From Eledone cirrhosa (lineage: Eukaryota): DNA of 64,000 nucleotides. Below, one piece after another: positions 59,446 to 64,000 of the stretch. Position 1 is the first letter of the stretch. Every line of letters begins with the position of its first letter. Below the pieces are notes generated by a model, which had not been told where the DNA came from, did no database searches, and was given only the letters and a program-made list of their open reading frames with translations. A program made the position numbers and the translations under genes. Location: contig OZ024752.1 of NCBI GenBank assembly GCA_964016885.1, positions 5,394,001 to 5,458,000 on the forward strand, read 5' to 3'.

Positions 59446-62400
59446 ATCATCATCATCATCATCATCAACGTTTAACGTCCGTGTTCCACGCTTGCATGGG
59501 TTTGGACGGGGGTAGTCCCACTTGAGGCAAGAGTGATTGTCTTGCTCGCATAGGACTGTCTGGCAGGTTTTCTACAGTTGGATGACCTTCCTAACACCAA
59601 CCACATTTACAGTGTGGGGCTGGGAGGTTTTTACCGTGTTGCCTACACAGCCACATTACAGCGTGGACCGTGTGTTTTTTTGTCGTGACACCTACACGAT
59701 CTCATTTGTTTCGGCCTGGATGGTGTGGCACCAACACAACTTTACATAGAACGGGGTGGCGTGGATGGGTTGGGGGTGGTGGGACGGGGGGGGGGTATTT
59801 TGTTAGAGATGCCTACTGGCTGTAGTAGGTTTTACTATGTATTTAGGTAAGGCGGGTCTTCTCTGTTACTGAGTACCGCCAAAGGTCTCGGTCCAGTGAC
59901 ATTGTCTTGGAGAGGTGTAAGTGTGTGAGGTCGGAGTTTATCAGCTCGTCCCAGGTTTTTCTAGGTCTGCCTATTCCGTGGCTACCGTCTATCTTTATTG
60001 CCCTGCACTTTGTTATACAGCTATCGACTTTCATGCGCATCACGTGCCATACCAACGTAGCCTTCTCTCGAGTAAACAACATCTGATCCCTCTTATTTCT
60101 AATTTTTTCCTTAGTTCGTTTATGCTTTGCCGTTCACGTATATTACTGTTACACATCCAGCGGAGCATGCAAGCTTCGTTCCTCTCTAGTCTGCGTATAT
60201 CCTCTGCACACAGTGCCCAGGTCTCACTGCCATGCAACATTGCTGTTCGTATGCAGGCATCGTACAACCTGCCTTTCATTTTTAGGGAGAACACTTTAGC
60301 AGCTAATAGTGGTATAAGCTCTCTGAACTTTTTCCATCCAGTTCTGACTCTAGCTACTGTACTTTCAGAGCACCCTCCCCCACTGCTGATTTTATCACCC
60401 AGGTAACGGAAGCTGTCCACTATTTCTATAGAACCCTCTGCGCAGTTGAAAGAGCTAGTATTTTGTGGGCACTTGCTGCTACTTATTGCACCAGAGCACC
60501 GGCCACATGTAAAATCTGTGTTCTTAGTTAGCTTACCTGTGATCCCACTACATCTTTTATGCACCCATACTTTGCATTTAGGACATAAAATGGAGTTTCT
60601 ACCTACGCCTTTCCTACACTCTGCGCATGGCCACTTCCCGGAGGGGACCGCCGCCTTGTTTTCTTTCCTACAAACTAGAACTTTAGTCTTAGCCAGGTTA
60701 ATTTTAAGGCCTTTTGATTCTAGGCCGTGCTTCCGTGTTTGGAATTTCTTCTCTAGCTCGGCCATTGATTCCGCTATGAGTGTCAGGTCGTCTGCGTATA
60801 GGAGTTCCCATGGGCAGCCGGTCTTGAACTCCTCTGTTATAGCCTGAAGGGCAATAATAAATAGTAGGGGGCTGAGAACAGAGCCCTGATGGACGCCAAC
60901 TTTTACGCTAAACTCTTCACTATATTCGTTGTTAATTCTAACCTTGCTGACTGTTTCTTTATACATGGCTTGTATAGCTCTCACAAGCCATTCGTCAACG
61001 CCTAGTTTTCTAAGAGCCCACCAGATAATGGAGCGGCGGACTCTGTCGAAGGCTTTCTCCAAGTCGACAAAAGCTAAGTAGAGGGGTTTACCTTTAGCTA
61101 GGTACTTCTCCTGTAGTTGTCGTACAATGAAAAGAGCGTCTGTGGTACTTTTGCCTGACACAAACCCGAACTGCATTTCATCTAGGTCAATTCTCTCTCT
61201 GATTAGTTGTGCTATTACTTTTTCCGTGACCTTCATGACCTGGTTGATTAATTTAATGCCTCTATAGTTACTCCTATCTAGGGCGTCTCCTTTACCCTTA
61301 TAACAGTTAACGATGATGCTGCTATGCCAGTCCTTCGGAACAACCCCATTCTGTATGACTTGGTTAACTATGCGGGTGACCATGGTGTGTCCCACCGTGC
61401 CAGATGCCTTCAGCATCTCAGCAACTATTTCCGAAGGCCCAGCCGCCTTACCCGTCTTCATATCCTTGATTGCCTTACTTATTATACTCCCCTCGACTAA
61501 CACTACTGGTCCCTCTATTGGGTCGATATGGGGGAGACTGTCTTTCTCCCATTTATTCTCCTCATTTAGTAGCCTTTCATAGTGACACTTCCAAGCTACC
61601 TTCTTATCAGCGTCGGTGATGGCAAGTGTGCCATCGTCGTTTAGTACACACTTCTCCCCGACAATATCACGGTTTTCCTTGACGCATTGCCTAGCAATCC
61701 TGAACACCTCACGCTTTTGGTCATCGCGTTGTAGAACATGCTTGAACTTTCTTTCCTCAGCTTCCCTTCTTGCTAAGTACACTTGTCTCCTAGCTTCCCT
61801 CCTGGCCACTTGATAGTCTTCTCTACTTCCCCCATCCTGCCATACTTTCCAAGCCTGCTTTTTGGCCTTAATTGACCCCTCCACCTTACTGTTCCACCAC
61901 CATGTTACTCTCCTCCTGCCTACAGGCCTGCTCCAGCCACAGACTTCGTCTGTCGCCAACAGCAGGTTTGCTTTCAGAAATTCCCACTCTCCCTCTATAT
62001 TGTCCGACTCTAAATGTTCTTCCTTACTGTCGAAAGCATCAAGTAATATGCTTTGAAATTTATTCCTGGCTGTGGGGTCCTTTAGCTTCCATATTTTTCT
62101 CCTGAGGATAGTCCTCTTCTGCTGTCGAGTACGTCTCGTCCTGACTATGAGGTCGCTAATTATCAGTCTATGTTGGGAGGTGCATTCTTCATGGGGGAGG
62201 GATTTAGTGTTTACAACAGACACTCTGTCACGTCTTCTGGTAAGGATATAATCTACCTGGCTTGTGTGTTCCCCGGATCTATAGGTGATCAGGTGATTGT
62301 CACGTTTTTTGAAGTTAGTGTTACAGATAGTTAGGTTATTTGCATCACAGAATTCCAGGATTCTGGAGCCTTCCTCATTTCTAGTACCAAACCCATAGCC

Positions 62401-62846
62401 TCCATGGATTTCGTCGTAGCCGTCACAATGTTGTCCAACGTGACCATTTAGGTCGCCTGCAATAATTATATAGTCACTGTCGGATATTTGGGAGGTAGTT
62501 AGCAACAGTGTCTCATAGAATCTGTCTTTTATAGTGCCAGGCAGTCCGGATTGGGGTGCGTACGCAGATATTACTGTCACCGTAGTTCTATTGAGGACAA
62601 GTCGTATTTTAATTATTCTGTCGTTCACTCTATTAACGTCTATTATCTTATCTGCCCACTTTTCTGCTACCATGATTCCTACTCCACCCAGCCCATCGTC
62701 GTTTCCCACCCAGAAAAGCTTATAACATCGTTTTTTACCCTCAATGAATCTAGCAGACCCACCCCTCCACCTGGTCTCTTGAATACAACAAACATCGACC
62801 TCCTTACGTTCAAGCATTTCTACAACCTCGTTAGCGCGACCCTTAC
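59446..62846 (-). mobile_element. Young RTE LINE, slightly 5'-truncated, with a long open APE-RT frame
   Basis: More than 930 uninterrupted codons (60040-62846) with all APE and RT motifs; single frameshift near WYG; (CAT)n tail at 59446-59466; TA microsatellite on both sides. Confidence 0.96.
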
Positions 62847-62945
<99 letters not shown>

Positions 62946-62988
62946 CACATACACACATACATATACATATATACATACATATACATAT

Positions 62989-63525
62989 ATGATAGCTGCC
63001 TCCTTGTTATCGAGTATGGCCATTGCACGATATACCATTATTAATAATAATTAACTAATTCTATCGTGCAATGCCTGTGCGTGAAGATATTATTTAAAGT
63101 GAGGAAAGACTGTGCACTGAGCCAATCCCACTCTCTGAGCGACAGTAGCTATAACCCGAAAAGAAGAAAGGATCAACATCATCGGTAACTACTGAGCCGC
63201 AGGTTTTATATCGCAGTTATCCCAGTTTCCTGAGTTGCCTTCTCCTAGAAGAATGCCCTGACAAGGGATAGGGGTCCTTCACTCCCAGTGGTTTAACCGC
63301 GCGGTACATGTGTATATACATATTTACACACTTTTGAATGGCCATTGACTCTTATGAGTTCTTCCGCCCTTTGTCAGGTTTTGTTTTTTGTCCTGCAGGG
63401 TGTCCAAAATCACCCTCCTCACCAAGTAAACTTGGTGGGGTTGCCGGTTTAGTTGCCGACGACTCGACCATGCGACAGGTTGTACTGGGTTACATGTTAC
63501 CATTAGCACTCAAGAGTGACCCGAC
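62989..63525 (-). mobile_element. Non-autonomous RTE-derived element (diverged copy)
   Basis: Homologous to 27797-28398; bounded by TA microsatellites. Confidence 0.6.
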
Positions 63526-63583
63526 ATAGATATACATACATATATACATATATATACATACATATATACATATATATACATAC

Positions 63584-63614
<31 letters not shown>

Positions 63615-63658
63615 CATACATATATACATACATATATAAATATATATATATACACATA

Positions 63659-63690
<32 letters not shown>

Positions 63691-63756
63691 GATATATATA
63701 CATATTTATATACATATATATCTATATACATACATATATACGTGTACATATATATA

Positions 63757-64000
63757 TACGTGGAAAAGTAAGAAATCGGAAAATAGACCGTTAAAACATG
63801 TTTATTTAAACCAGCACCTACGTACGTTTCGCCCAGTTGGGCTTCTCAAGGGCATAAATAACCCAAAAGTGTTCCTTATATTGCTCGGAAAGAGTTTTTG
63901 GGGTTAAATTCACGTGAAGGTTCATTGCTCGCAAAAATAGCTTGTTTTAATTTTGCAGCATTTCGAATTGATTGTGCAAGCGCGAGGTTTAGAAATCCAG
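63757..64000 (-). mobile_element. Penelope-like terminal fragment, inverted homolog of 22045-22247
   Basis: Direct reverse-complement similarity. Confidence 0.55.
63814..63853 (-). ncRNA. Minimal hammerhead ribozyme-like motif, copy 2
   Basis: GCCC-UUGAGAA-GCCCA ac UGGGC-GAA-AC GUAC GU-A-GGUGC. Confidence 0.62.

Noticed and set aside
62847-62976. N-terminus of the 978-aa ORF as a real start
   Set aside because: It is microsatellite read-through; the element is truncated within the first APE motif

Overview
AT-rich, repeat-dense animal genomic DNA. The SINE, RTE and microsatellite content suggests a mollusc, possibly an octopod cephalopod; this is inference only. Most long ORFs belong to decayed retroelements: two Ty3/Gypsy LTR elements, several RTE LINEs, CRE- and R4-like fragments, SINEs, MITEs and Penelope-like ends carrying minimal hammerhead motifs. 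Among them is one reconstructable minus-strand host gene spanning about 39 kb (56241->17015). It has an ATG micro-exon, a signal-peptide exon, three tandem copies of an (Ig-like A + Ig-like B) exon pair, a transmembrane exon and a short terminal exon. All joins are GT-AG and phase-compatible, giving 1971 nt / 656 aa, a type I membrane IgSF receptor. The A-B cassette was recently triplicated (about 5.9 and 7.7 kb periods). Its introns are almost identical, yet every exon difference I found lies in an amino-acid-changing codon, clustered on the predicted C/C'/F/G face, with aromatic residues enriched in the membrane-distal pair. This suggests a rapidly diversifying recognition receptor (immune or allorecognition type). 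Duplication junctions, a 58-bp hairpin satellite and a Mag-type retrotransposon with target-site duplication record the order of events. The gene model is read from sequence only and has no transcript support here.
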